A stretch of DNA of 64,000 bases from a virus. Both the position numbers and the translations under genes were made by a program. The DNA lies in IMG/VR virus record IMGVR_UViG_3300025102_000012, positions 28,809 through 92,808 of that record; one strand, 5' to 3'. Each line of letters starts with the position of its first letter. The stretch's first letter is position 1. Under the pieces are notes generated by a model. It was given only the letters and a program-made list of their open reading frames with translations, had not been told where the DNA came from and ran no database searches. Below, in pieces: positions 40,629 through 49,928 of this stretch.

Positions 40629-40840
40629 TCTTCCACCAACCTTGTTTGTATTCCTCTCCACAAATCATAGGCTTGTTTCTTTTCGGGAATCGTAGTCAAT
40701 AATGTTTTTATCATCATTAGTAAAAACTCTAATTCACCAACCAAAAGCCTATCATCTATTTCTTCTCTAAATAAATCTCCATTTTCAGTAACATCAATCA
40801 TTCTTAACAAAATACTTTCATATAATTCTATATCGTTCAT
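40625..40840 (-). CDS. Hypothetical protein between groES and groEL
   Basis: ORF overlapping both neighbours. Confidence 0.5.
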   Translation of the reverse strand: MNDIELYESILLRMIDVTENGDLFREEIDDRLLVGELEFLLMMIKTLLTTIPEKKQAYDLWRGIQTRLVEE

Positions 40841-41052
40841 TCTAACACCGCCATTATCTTATCATAAGGAACAAACTTCATTCCGTCGTATTCTTGTATT
40901 GACCTTTCAGTGGAAAATATTACTACTTTACCTTCTAAATCGGGTTCTATTAAACAGGATAATACTCTTCCTACATTGTTTTCTTTCATCATAATCTTTC
41001 CACTACCTTGTATTTCAGGTTCTACAATTACATAATCATTCTTCGCTTTCAT
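40837..41052 (-). CDS. groES: Co-chaperonin GroES (short)
   Basis: MKAKNDYVIVEP..SGKI...GRV...KVVIF...IMAVLE. Confidence 0.7.
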   Translation of the reverse strand: MKAKNDYVIVEPEIQGSGKIMMKENNVGRVLSCLIEPDLEGKVVIFSTERSIQEYDGMKFVPYDKIMAVLE

Positions 41053-41205
41053 TATTCTTCACCATACCGCCGTCTAATTCATTTTTTTTATTCAATTCTC
41101 TCTCAAACATTTCTAGAGCAGAATGAATAACCGGAGTTCCATTACCTTCGGCTATTATCTTTTTCATTCTCTTAATCGCCATCAAGTAATCGTGTTTGAA
41201 TACAG

Positions 41206-41856
41206 TCACTCTTCTTCACTCTCCGTCTCTTGACCCCAATATTGCATTCTTTCTAATTGACGATTACGATAGATTGCTAATTGTTTTGGTTTGGTTTGTT
41301 GCCACCAACCATAGTGTTCAACCCCACTACCTCCCAAAACAAATGCTTCTGTCATTAGAGGCTTCCATTGAGATACTGTTCTAATATCTACACCACTAAA
41401 ATAGGCGGCACCAAATGGATGAGTATGAGTCCAACATCTAATAGGAAGTTTCATTCCTACAGGAGGCTTCATTCCAAATTCTACATAGCCCGGAGAACCA
41501 GTAGTAACATAACAGTCATTATTTCCATCAATCACTACTTGCACTTCAAGACCCGGTAATATCTCGGTAGAAGCATGCCAAATAGCACCAAAGAATAGTT
41601 CGCTCTTATAGGATGTCATATCTACTGTGTGTCTATTATTCCAATCAACACCAATGCTTTTCAATTCTAACATTGCTTCTTCGACCCAAACATTTAGAAT
41701 ATGTTGTTCAGCCCGTTCTCTAGCCTTTTCTAAAGCCTCAAATTCCTTTTCTGCTTCAGCAATCTGTAAATCTTCAAGGTACTTATCATACCCATCATCA
41801 TCATGATAGCCTCTTTTTTCTTCTTCTCTTAAATTCCAATCACTTGTCTTACTCAT
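41206..41856 (-). CDS. JAB/JAMM (MPN+) metalloprotease
   Basis: E...H-T-H-x7-S-x2-D (GLEVQ...HTHPFGAAYFSGVD). Confidence 0.85.
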   Translation of the reverse strand: MSKTSDWNLREEEKRGYHDDDGYDKYLEDLQIAEAEKEFEALEKARERAEQHILNVWVEEAMLELKSIGVDWNNRHTVDMTSYKSELFFGAIWHASTEILPGLEVQVVIDGNNDCYVTTGSPGYVEFGMKPPVGMKLPIRCWTHTHPFGAAYFSGVDIRTVSQWKPLMTEAFVLGGSGVEHYGWWQQTKPKQLAIYRNRQLERMQYWGQETESEEE

Positions 41857-41867
41857 TTCTTTTCACC

Positions 41868-42431
41868 TCACATATTAATTACTTCATAATCCTTAACTGT
41901 CTCATTATCTTGAAACCATCTTTGAATCCATTGTGCGCCCAATCCTGCAATTGCCACTTGCATAAAATGAACTCCTTCTGTTGAACCATCCCATGTTTCT
42001 CCTTGACAACTAAACGAACCATCCTTTCCTGCTAAAAGCGTATCATACATCTTAGGGTCTGCTTTATGCGACACAAGTGCGGCATTCCTACCTTGCGCTC
42101 TCAAATCAAGCCATTTAATATTTGTGTTGTATAAAGTTCTTCTAACTGATAAATTATCTACACAACAAATAACCAAGTCATATCCTTTCATTTGTTTTTC
42201 TGTTAGAATAGGATATTGAGAACCACCCATTACACTACGGTATTTATTACCCATAACCGATGCTTTGTTTTCTCCTACATCATCAGCACTAAAGTTTTGA
42301 TATGGTAAATTTTTATTTTCTACCTTATCAGGGTCTGCTACTGATATGTTATACAATTCTACTTTATCTAAAAGCGGTAACAAGAAACTCCCGATACCAC
42401 CTGCTCCAATTATTAATATTTTTCTTTTCAT
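41868..42431 (-). CDS. ThiF/MoeB/E1-like ubiquitin-activating enzyme
   Basis: IIGAGGIGS, DPDKVE.KNL, ENKA, CVDN..VR, candidate catalytic Cys in GSFSCQ. Confidence 0.88.
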   Translation of the reverse strand: MKRKILIIGAGGIGSFLLPLLDKVELYNISVADPDKVENKNLPYQNFSADDVGENKASVMGNKYRSVMGGSQYPILTEKQMKGYDLVICCVDNLSVRRTLYNTNIKWLDLRAQGRNAALVSHKADPKMYDTLLAGKDGSFSCQGETWDGSTEGVHFMQVAIAGLGAQWIQRWFQDNETVKDYEVINM

Positions 42432-42433
42432 TT

Positions 42434-42763
42434 TTATTCCTCCCAATATGGGTCTAGTTTGTCATTAGGTAGCATATCCCAACTACCTTTCATAGAATGT
42501 TCAAACGATACATCCTCTACAAAATCAGGATTCTTAAGCAATAACAAGGGCTTGTGCCAATTATCATCCGCTTGCGCTTGTTCTATTACTTTGTTCATCT
42601 GTTCTGCTTTGTCATCGGGTAATTCTACCCAATAAACCATAGCGTGTCTTTGTCTATTTAGTCTCGCTCTCATGGTTATTGTCATTGGAGCATATCCTAC
42701 ACCTTCACATTCCATAAAAGATTCTAAACCGTGAGCATCTGCTATTCCACAATATGTTTTCAT
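42434..42763 (-). CDS. Hypothetical protein directly upstream of E1
   Basis: 109 aa ORF with GGAG SD. Confidence 0.55.
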   Translation of the reverse strand: MKTYCGIADAHGLESFMECEGVGYAPMTITMRARLNRQRHAMVYWVELPDDKAEQMNKVIEQAQADDNWHKPLLLLKNPDFVEDVSFEHSMKGSWDMLPNDKLDPYWEE

Positions 42764-42764
42764 T

Positions 42765-42923
42765 CTAATCTCTCCTAATTATTCCTTTATCACTTTTGTT
42801 GGGGTCAAAGGTTTCCCCTGTAAATTTTGCTTGTTTTTCCCAACATTCTATATTGCACCAATTCCTACTATTGATAGTAACTGTTGTAAACTTTCTACAT
42901 CTTGGTCGGCTACATCTTCCCAT
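42765..42923 (-). CDS. Small Cys-rich zinc-binding protein (52 aa)
   Basis: MGRCSRPRC...WCNIECWEK; read manually. Confidence 0.45.
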   Translation of the reverse strand: MGRCSRPRCRKFTTVTINSRNWCNIECWEKQAKFTGETFDPNKSDKGIIRRD

Positions 42924-42924
42924 T

Positions 42925-43131
42925 TTATTCACCTCTACTAATTATTTTCTTTTCTATCAATTCAGCGTAGTTATCCATCCAGTTTGCTACAACCTTTATT
43001 GATTCTCTTCGGCCTAAACCGAACTCCTCTCTCAAATATGGAGCAGAACCAAACATATTGGTTACTCCACTTTGCCGTAATTCTTCTAAATACACATAGT
43101 ATTCAATCCATTCTTCATTTATTCCTGTCAT
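42925..43131 (-). CDS. Conserved small phage-type protein
   Basis: YLEELRQSGVTNMFGSAPYL motif. Confidence 0.55.
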   Translation of the reverse strand: MTGINEEWIEYYVYLEELRQSGVTNMFGSAPYLREEFGLGRRESIKVVANWMDNYAELIEKKIISRGE

Positions 43132-43361
43132 TGTTTATTCCTCCATATTATATTGTTATGTATTTTACAAAATCCTGCTTTTTCATAATGAATTCTAAGA
43201 ATCATTTGTAATTGATTAGGAGATACATGCCCCTTTTTAACTGGTCTACCGTTTGCATTTTTAGCATTAGATAATCTTTCTTTAATTTCTGTTGTTGTCA
43301 ATTCTTCTTTATCTAACATTGACTTTATTTTTAGATGCGCCCATTTATTCTTTTTTGGCAT
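43128..43361 (-). CDS. Small basic wHTH-like protein
   Basis: LTTTEIKERL...SPNQLQMIL. Confidence 0.45.
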   Translation of the reverse strand: MPKKNKWAHLKIKSMLDKEELTTTEIKERLSNAKNANGRPVKKGHVSPNQLQMILRIHYEKAGFCKIHNNIIWRNKQ

Positions 43362-43477
43362 TATTATTCCTCCTCTAATGGTTTAAGATTGTCAAATGAT
43401 TTTTGACCCTGTTTTCTAAACCGAAACTTTAGTTTGGCTTTCTTTAAAATTTCAGCAAATCTTTCTAATCTAAACAC

Positions 43478-43801
43478 TTAAAACGCCTTCCCATGCATAA
43501 ATTCCCGATTCTTATTATAATCTAGTTTGGCCAGTAATGCTCCTGCTACATCTAAATCCTTACCAAAAGCATAATCCATAATGCGAATTATGGCATCTGC
43601 TAGTTCTTCTTCTACACTAGAAAACTCTAGAATTTTAGAAGAAGTGGGGTTGCCGTTTCTCATAGCCTCTAATGCTTCGCTTATTTCCGAATGCACCAAA
43701 GCCATAGCCTCTCCGTCATTTCTTTCTTCTTTCCAAAAGCCGTGATTTACAGCATTTTTATATATTATTTTGGCCACTTTATTCCATTCTTTTTCAAACA
43801 T
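43478..43801 (-). CDS. MazG-like NTP pyrophosphohydrolase
   Basis: HSEISEALEA...EEELADAIIR...K..YN..R. Confidence 0.85.
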   Translation of the reverse strand: MFEKEWNKVAKIIYKNAVNHGFWKEERNDGEAMALVHSEISEALEAMRNGNPTSSKILEFSSVEEELADAIIRIMDYAFGKDLDVAGALLAKLDYNKNREFMHGKAF

Positions 43802-43803
43802 TT

Positions 43804-44658
43804 TTATTCACCTATTTTATTTACATCTTTTCCTCTTAATTGTTTTACATTGGTTAAGCCCAATAGCGTTAGAAGTGATTTAGTTTGTAAATAGATGCAC
43901 TTCTCATCTATTTCTGCCTTTTCAGCAATTAAACTTCTAGTATATTCTCTAACAAATACATTAGAAGTTATCCAACAAATACTTGCATAATACGACCTGC
44001 TTTTCGTATAATTAGCATTTAATAAAATTTGCTCAAATCTAGTCAATACCTCAATACTTTGATTGTAAAAAGATAAGTCATTTGTTATCTTTACTAGAGT
44101 TCTTCTTAGATAAGATTCTGGATTTACAGGAGTATAATTTATTTTATTTTTATAAAAAGAATTAATCTTCCTAAGAATCTTTTTGACTAGTTTAGTTTCT
44201 ACTTGGAATTCTTTACAGACTTCTTTTAAAGAAACAGGATTACCTTGTTCCTTCAAAACATAATACACTATTGCTGTTGCTCTATTTTCATAGGTGTATT
44301 TTTTGAAAGAATCTAGCGAAGCATATAGTTCTAAATACACTTCTTCTATTCTTTCTTTGGCTTCTAAAGAAGAAGAAACATTACTCAGTACCATATTACA
44401 ATATATGAGTGCAGTTCTAATATGAGGAGGGGTTGCCGAATAGTTTCTTCTATTGTATTTAGAAGAACCTTTTCCAGTAATTATTGACCCTAAATTACCT
44501 TTATCCGAACTATGTTTCAGTTCACCTTTACCGTCCAATATGTGTACTGTTTCTTCAAATATTTCTTGAACTAAGACTAGGCCGCATTCGGAACATACTC
44601 TTTCTCCTAATCTTTCATCAAAGTAGTTTTCTTTACTTGAGCATTCTTCACAAATCAT
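43804..44658 (-). CDS. tfb: Transcription initiation factor TFB/TFIIB homolog
   Basis: Zn ribbon CEEC...GERVCSECGLV, LGS, two cyclin-like repeats (ATAIVY, YASICW). Confidence 0.8.
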   Translation of the reverse strand: MICEECSSKENYFDERLGERVCSECGLVLVQEIFEETVHILDGKGELKHSSDKGNLGSIITGKGSSKYNRRNYSATPPHIRTALIYCNMVLSNVSSSLEAKERIEEVYLELYASLDSFKKYTYENRATAIVYYVLKEQGNPVSLKEVCKEFQVETKLVKKILRKINSFYKNKINYTPVNPESYLRRTLVKITNDLSFYNQSIEVLTRFEQILLNANYTKSRSYYASICWITSNVFVREYTRSLIAEKAEIDEKCIYLQTKSLLTLLGLTNVKQLRGKDVNKIGE

Positions 44659-45796
44659 CCATATCAATCCTATTTTCATTTTCATTATCTGTAATATACG
44701 AATTAATCGTATTAACTATTTTTATTGTGTGAGTGTCATTCATTAATGCTAATGCTCTACCGGCAAACTGGTCGCCAACAGGAGTATGATTACCCATATT
44801 ATCTATGCAGATAGAACCTCTCCAACCGCATTTACCGAAATTAAACTCATCAGTTTTGTTGCCGTCATCATCATATACATAATTTTTTTCGGGTTGCCAA
44901 ATATAAGTAGATACTGCTTGATTAGCACTTTTACCTTTATATTCTAACTTCCAATCGAATTCCCTTCCTCGGACATATAGCGTTTGTAGTTTATCTTCTT
45001 TATAATTGGCTCGTAGTTTGCTAGGGTATTGTGCTAACATTTCTTGTACTAATTCATATGCTTTCTTTTCAACAATATCTGCTTTTCTATTTTGTTTTAG
45101 AAAGGCAACTAAAACTTTCAAATCAGATTCTGATGGAAATTTACCCATTAACCTATAATAGAACTGTTTTGGAGAAGTATATTTCCAAGAACAATTCTTG
45201 GTGTTTTTGGTATCAATATAAAAACTAGAATACTTTATTAGTTCTTTAATAGAAATAGAACCCCAAATACCATCTCCTATCTCTATGGCGCATTCATCGG
45301 GGGATATTTGTTTTACATTCAAACGAACTTCGTGTTTTACAAAGTCACTATAAAACCAATACGGTAGTCTATTTTCAATGACATATTTGACTACTTCGGG
45401 TAGTTTAGTAGTTTGATAAAGATATGGCATTAGTTTAAGTGGGTCTTTTTCAAAACAACTTTTGAATAAAACTCTTGCTAAGGCATGACATAATTCATCC
45501 ATTAGCATAATTTTGCCATTAATATAGTACCTAGACGATTTTTGGATAACGAATGGTGTTTCTCCTATCATTAGGGTAGTCGTTCCTTCCGGAATGCCAT
45601 GAAAAAACTTTTGTGTGCCTCTTTTATTTTTAAAGGAACTCAAAAAGTGTTGATAAATAGACTGGTGAATAGGGTCTTTAGCGCTAACTGGATGAATTGT
45701 TGCAATTGAACCATGTATGTTCCTACCAACAATATTTAGTTCAGTTTCCCAATATTCATTTGCTCCGTCATGTGGTTTTCTAATTCTTATTTTCAT
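44648..45796 (-). CDS. Hypothetical protein; C-terminal domain with GSICID motif
   Basis: 382 aa; ends GWRGSICIDNM...PVGDQFAGRALALMND. Confidence 0.5.
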   Translation of the reverse strand: MKIRIRKPHDGANEYWETELNIVGRNIHGSIATIHPVSAKDPIHQSIYQHFLSSFKNKRGTQKFFHGIPEGTTTLMIGETPFVIQKSSRYYINGKIMLMDELCHALARVLFKSCFEKDPLKLMPYLYQTTKLPEVVKYVIENRLPYWFYSDFVKHEVRLNVKQISPDECAIEIGDGIWGSISIKELIKYSSFYIDTKNTKNCSWKYTSPKQFYYRLMGKFPSESDLKVLVAFLKQNRKADIVEKKAYELVQEMLAQYPSKLRANYKEDKLQTLYVRGREFDWKLEYKGKSANQAVSTYIWQPEKNYVYDDDGNKTDEFNFGKCGWRGSICIDNMGNHTPVGDQFAGRALALMNDTHTIKIVNTINSYITDNENENRIDMDDL

Positions 45797-45962
45797 TTAT
45801 ATCACATCATATATACATTTTTATTATCTTTGTTGCATTTTTCATGCATTTCTATTTTTATTTCTTGTGGAGTGTAAAGTTTGCCGCCACACACTCGACA
45901 GTGCGTAGCAACCATGTTATTTTTTCTGTTATTTAAAATATGCTTAGGGTCTTTTTCTTTCA

Positions 45963-46319
45963 TTAGTATTCCCCAAATAAATAATCAATGTTTTTCTTTC
46001 TTTCGTTGCATATTTTACATTCTTTTTTACCATCTAATAAAACACAATTTTTTTCATGGTATTTTGATAGATGGTAATAGTAGTTTATTTTATTGTCAAG
46101 ATAAATACTAAATCCTTTATCTACGGCAAGCGGAACCTGCCAAAATATATCGTATAGTGTTGTCTTTAACATGAATTTTTTGTCTCTATCTGAGTAGTTA
46201 GAAGACATAATGGTGATGTTTCTTATTATATTTTTATCTTCTGCTTTTAATTCTCGCATAAATAAAATTGTTGCATCCAATACACCGCTATAAGGCAGTT
46301 TATTGAACACGATGAACAC
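45963..46319 (-). CDS. Hypothetical protein with C-terminal His/Cys cluster
   Basis: H...C...CKIC; start codon uncertain. Confidence 0.4.
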   Translation of the reverse strand: MFIVFNKLPYSGVLDATILFMRELKAEDKNIIRNITIMSSNYSDRDKKFMLKTTLYDIFWQVPLAVDKGFSIYLDNKINYYYHLSKYHEKNCVLLDGKKECKICNERKKNIDYLFGEY

Positions 46320-46327
46320 CGAAGGGT

Positions 46328-46366
46328 TGGAAAGCCACTATCTAGGGTTAGGATAGTGACTCTCCA
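46328..46366 (-). terminator. 15-bp stem-loop downstream of the ubiquitin-like gene
   Basis: Minus strand TGGAGAGTCACTATC-loop-GATAGTGGCTTTCCA; G-U pairs favour the minus strand. Confidence 0.6.
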
Positions 46367-46388
46367 CAACAAACAGAATAAATACTGT

Positions 46389-46595
46389 TTATTGTTGACC
46401 TCCAACAATCGCAGGGGTTAAGTCTACTGATGTAACATCATCCCAATTAATTCCTGTAATCTCTTCTCTCGCTACCATTTCCCCATCAATAAAGCACCAA
46501 TGGGTTGGGTGTCGGTCTATCTGTTCAATTATCTCTTCTTTTGCGAGAGATAGCGTTGTGTGTCCTGTCTCGTTTAATATTCTTAATGTAATCAT
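46389..46595 (-). CDS. Ubiquitin-like (ThiS/MoaD/SAMP-type beta-grasp) protein with GG plus 2-aa extension
   Basis: 68 aa, WCFIDGE...VDLTPAIVGG-QQ; TATA-like TTTTAAATA about 40 nt upstream. Confidence 0.75.
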   Translation of the reverse strand: MITLRILNETGHTTLSLAKEEIIEQIDRHPTHWCFIDGEMVAREEITGINWDDVTSVDLTPAIVGGQQ

Positions 46596-46793
46596 AATTC
46601 TTCACTTCCTCTTGTTTTATCTAATCTGTTTGCCATATTTAAAACACCCTATACTGGTTCATTGTCTTGAGAATCAATCACTTCATAAATGTTTAATCCT
46701 ACTCCAAGTGCGACAATGCTTGCACTTCCCCATAATAGTCCTTTACCAATTAATTTGGTAATCGTCCACATTACTTCTGCGGGGTCTTCTCTT

Positions 46794-48077
46794 TTAAAAT
46801 TCTTTTTTGACATCTATCTTTTCCTCCTTTTGTATTAGAACTTCAGCCTCTAATCTATTTATTAGACCATATTCGATACCGATATCTAAAGCCTCGAGTT
46901 TCTTTATTTGCTCAACTGTTGGTGCTTTGGTAAGAAAGAACTGACAGTTTTTTAGCCAATACATACCATCTATTAATTTAGATTCAGTTTCCCGCATTAA
47001 TGATGATAATATTTTCATCTCTTTCAAAGAATCACATACTCTAAGGGTAAGAATAGGAACTCCTAAGAATTCAAGGTTTTGAGCATAAATATCTGTTACT
47101 GGTTCAGAAAGTCTACGATTCAATCGTCGTATTTGTTTTTCTTCTTCTGCCTTTTCTCTCGCTAATCGTTCTTCTCTAGCGATTCTTCTTTCTTCTTCTC
47201 GCATCATTCGTTCTCTTGCTCTTTTCTCTACATTTTCGGGTAGATTATAGATTCTATCGGCCTCTATTCTTTGTGCCTCTATTTTTACTTGTCTTTCTGC
47301 TCTAGCCTTTCGTTGAGCCTCTCTTTTGTCGGTAACTTCTTTAGCCTTAGCAATCCTATCTTCTTTCCATTTAGTGTATTTCTCCAATAAAGGGTCACTA
47401 GTTACATAAAGATAGGCTAAGTCCTGCATTAGTTTAGCATTAGGATAACCATGAACAGTAAATTGATTTTTAGGGTTATCGGGATGATTCCATCTCCAAA
47501 CAATAGAAGCCATTTTATAATCGTAACTTCCAAACCGGCCTTTACCTTTCTTTCTTAGGATTCTTCTTGGTTCTGTTCTACACAAAGCAGAATTGTAGTG
47601 CCAATCTTTTTTGTGTACATTATACCAACAATCCAATTCTTTAATTTTATCAAACATTAATTTGAATGAATCTCCATTCTCAGCCCACCATGCTTCTGCT
47701 TTCATAGAACCGACTCTAACTTTAATCCATTCAGCAACTTGTTCATCAGTTACTTCACCAACAACAAGTCCTTTCTCTTCTGCGATTTGTCGCATAATAA
47801 GGTAACTGTTGATGTGGTCACTACCTACTATTTCTTCAATACCGTTTTCAGTATTTCTAATACGGAAGTGATAAACAATTGGATGGCCACAAAGACACTG
47901 ATTTGGATGGCTACTTGAGGAAACCCAATCGGGAATATCCCCATTACCATTCCACCAAACATCTCCAGTGGCTATCCACTCATCTTTAGCCTCATTATAA
48001 TTATCAGCAACAGAAAGTTCTGTCATTTTTCTAATAAGTATTCTATCCCAACGGCCTTCGCCTAATTCTCTTTTCAT
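46794..48077 (-). CDS. Zn-finger plus coiled-coil protein
   Basis: CLCGHPI...IRN..NG...VGSDHI; E/R/K-rich coil. Confidence 0.55.
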   Translation of the reverse strand: MKRELGEGRWDRILIRKMTELSVADNYNEAKDEWIATGDVWWNGNGDIPDWVSSSSHPNQCLCGHPIVYHFRIRNTENGIEEIVGSDHINSYLIMRQIAEEKGLVVGEVTDEQVAEWIKVRVGSMKAEAWWAENGDSFKLMFDKIKELDCWYNVHKKDWHYNSALCRTEPRRILRKKGKGRFGSYDYKMASIVWRWNHPDNPKNQFTVHGYPNAKLMQDLAYLYVTSDPLLEKYTKWKEDRIAKAKEVTDKREAQRKARAERQVKIEAQRIEADRIYNLPENVEKRARERMMREEERRIAREERLAREKAEEEKQIRRLNRRLSEPVTDIYAQNLEFLGVPILTLRVCDSLKEMKILSSLMRETESKLIDGMYWLKNCQFFLTKAPTVEQIKKLEALDIGIEYGLINRLEAEVLIQKEEKIDVKKEF

Positions 48078-48079
48078 TT

Positions 48080-48460
48080 TTATTTCTCCTTGATTAATTT
48101 GTTGTTTAACTTAAATAATAAGTTTTCTTGTTTAGTTAAACGCTTATTCAATGCAATGTTTTCATCTACTAAATGTTGCATAGTATTCGCATACATTTTT
48201 TCTAATTTTTTATTTTTTTCATTAAGAATAGTTTCTATTATTAGTTCTATGTTAGAAAACTTGTCTTCGCACTTAGATAACCTACTGTTAAATGCCATTA
48301 TTTCATGCTGAGTTCCTTTGTTTAGGCTCTTGATGCTCTTAGCAGTTTTATTTTTTCTTCGGCAGTTATCACATACTGGTTTAAACTTAGCAATCCTTTC
48401 TGCTAAAACAGTTGATTTAACCACAAAAGGAGTATTGCACAATACACAAACAAAATGCAT
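48080..48460 (-). CDS. Zn-finger plus coiled-coil protein
   Basis: CVLC...CDNC. Confidence 0.5.
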   Translation of the reverse strand: MHFVCVLCNTPFVVKSTVLAERIAKFKPVCDNCRRKNKTAKSIKSLNKGTQHEIMAFNSRLSKCEDKFSNIELIIETILNEKNKKLEKMYANTMQHLVDENIALNKRLTKQENLLFKLNNKLIKEK

Positions 48461-48706
48461 TTAACCACCGTAGTCTCTATCTTCTATTTCAAAATTGTAT
48501 TGTTCTTGAAGATAACTTGTTAAAATCATATCCATCTTTTCTTGAAGGCTTCCTATGATACCTGCAATAATTCTGCGATTTAAACTAATCCATAGTCTAT
48601 GATAAGTGTTTATCACTACTTTTGGTTCGTTATTTTCATTCTCACTTATAACAATCGGAGGTAATTCCGATGTATTTATTATTCTAAATTCTACTTCTTT
48701 ATTCAT
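48461..48706 (-). CDS. Hypothetical protein
   Basis: ORF with GAGGTGA SD. Confidence 0.5.
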   Translation of the reverse strand: MNKEVEFRIINTSELPPIVISENENNEPKVVINTYHRLWISLNRRIIAGIIGSLQEKMDMILTSYLQEQYNFEIEDRDYGG

Positions 48707-48987
48707 TTTAAATTCACCTCTAAGAAACTCATAATTGATATATAGTTCTTCTCTTTTAGCATTGTCTCTAATCTACTAGAGTCTATTTTTTTAACACAAA
48801 ATACTGCTAACATTTTGCTCATTTTTTCTTGGCTTGTTTTGCTAATAAGTTTAGCAGTTCTACTCAACAAATCTTGTTGGTATTTTTCTTCTGCTAAACA
48901 ATCTAAACATTGAGTCCATTCCATAACTTCATGTTGATAATTGGGCTGTTGAAACCAACCTGCTCCATTACATATTTCACATTCCAT
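48703..48987 (-). CDS. Zinc-finger protein
   Basis: CEICNGAG...CLDC. Confidence 0.5.
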   Translation of the reverse strand: MECEICNGAGWFQQPNYQHEVMEWTQCLDCLAEEKYQQDLLSRTAKLISKTSQEKMSKMLAVFCVKKIDSSRLETMLKEKNYISIMSFLEVNLK

Positions 48988-49141
48988 TTTTATTCCTCAC
49001 TTATCATCCAACCACTACCACACATCATATGCCATATAGCATCGCCTTTTGTTTTGAAGAACTTTGCTTCTTCTTCATCATCATCAATGTGTAATAATTT
49101 CCATTTGTATGTTTTTGTTTTTGTTGTTTTGTAATTCATTT

Positions 49142-49798
49142 TTAAGCCTCCTTAAGTAGAGTTTGTGGATATTTAGGATTAGTTGAGTTATATGCTCGTA
49201 CTCCCACATTATACTTTACAGCAAAATGATTACTAGGCCACCACTTAGGCATCTGACCTTGAGGCCATTCCGCAAATTTCCATTTACCTTCTAAGTAATA
49301 GTGTTTGTATGAGTCTATAACAAAATCCCATTCATCGTTATTAGGATTGTTTTTGAAATAATCTTCTTTATCTAACCTATAGACATCAAGCATAGCAATT
49401 GATACAGGGGTTGCTTCACTTGCATCAGCATCATAATCTATTGCTGTTTGAAGTATTCTTTCAAAACTACCATGTTCTTTATTGTATCTTGAATTGTATT
49501 CTCTACATAGTTCAACACCATGTTGAAATAACCATAGTGCGTTGTTATTGTTTTGCCTAGCCCAAATAGTGCTAGGATGATTGAGCATAGCAGGTTTCAT
49601 TAGAATAGAACCACTATCACTATGATATTGTTTTAGTTGCGCTAGTGTAGGTTCATAGCCAAACTTATCAGTGAATTCATTACATAACTCATTGGTATGT
49701 AGCATTTGACAAGTTTCCGTTGGCATTTTTACAACATGCTTGTTTAGCATTTGTTGTGCTGATTCTTTTGGGCATCTTGATAATGCAAATATATTCAT
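49142..49798 (-). CDS. Pyrimidine-dimer glycosylase/endonuclease V-like family protein
   Basis: MNIFAL, KHVVKMPTETCQML, HPSTIWAR, LC.EY..RY.K.H, YKHYY. Confidence 0.7.
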   Translation of the reverse strand: MNIFALSRCPKESAQQMLNKHVVKMPTETCQMLHTNELCNEFTDKFGYEPTLAQLKQYHSDSGSILMKPAMLNHPSTIWARQNNNNALWLFQHGVELCREYNSRYNKEHGSFERILQTAIDYDADASEATPVSIAMLDVYRLDKEDYFKNNPNNDEWDFVIDSYKHYYLEGKWKFAEWPQGQMPKWWPSNHFAVKYNVGVRAYNSTNPKYPQTLLKEA

Positions 49799-49928
49799 TT
49801 TCCTTCACCTTCTATTAATACTAAATCATCCATGCTTATGTCGCAAAGCCATGAATGGTCGTAGCCTAACCTTGTTGTGTATAATTTACCATCTATTTCA
49901 TAGGTTATGTCGAATAACATTATATCGC

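Noticed and set aside
41868-46595. Thiamine or molybdopterin biosynthesis (thiF/thiS or moeB/moaD) as auxiliary metabolic genes
   Set aside because: No ThiG, MoaE, cysteine desulfurase or rhodanese seen, and the blocked GG-QQ end plus JAB fits conjugation better. Sulfur transfer is not fully excluded.
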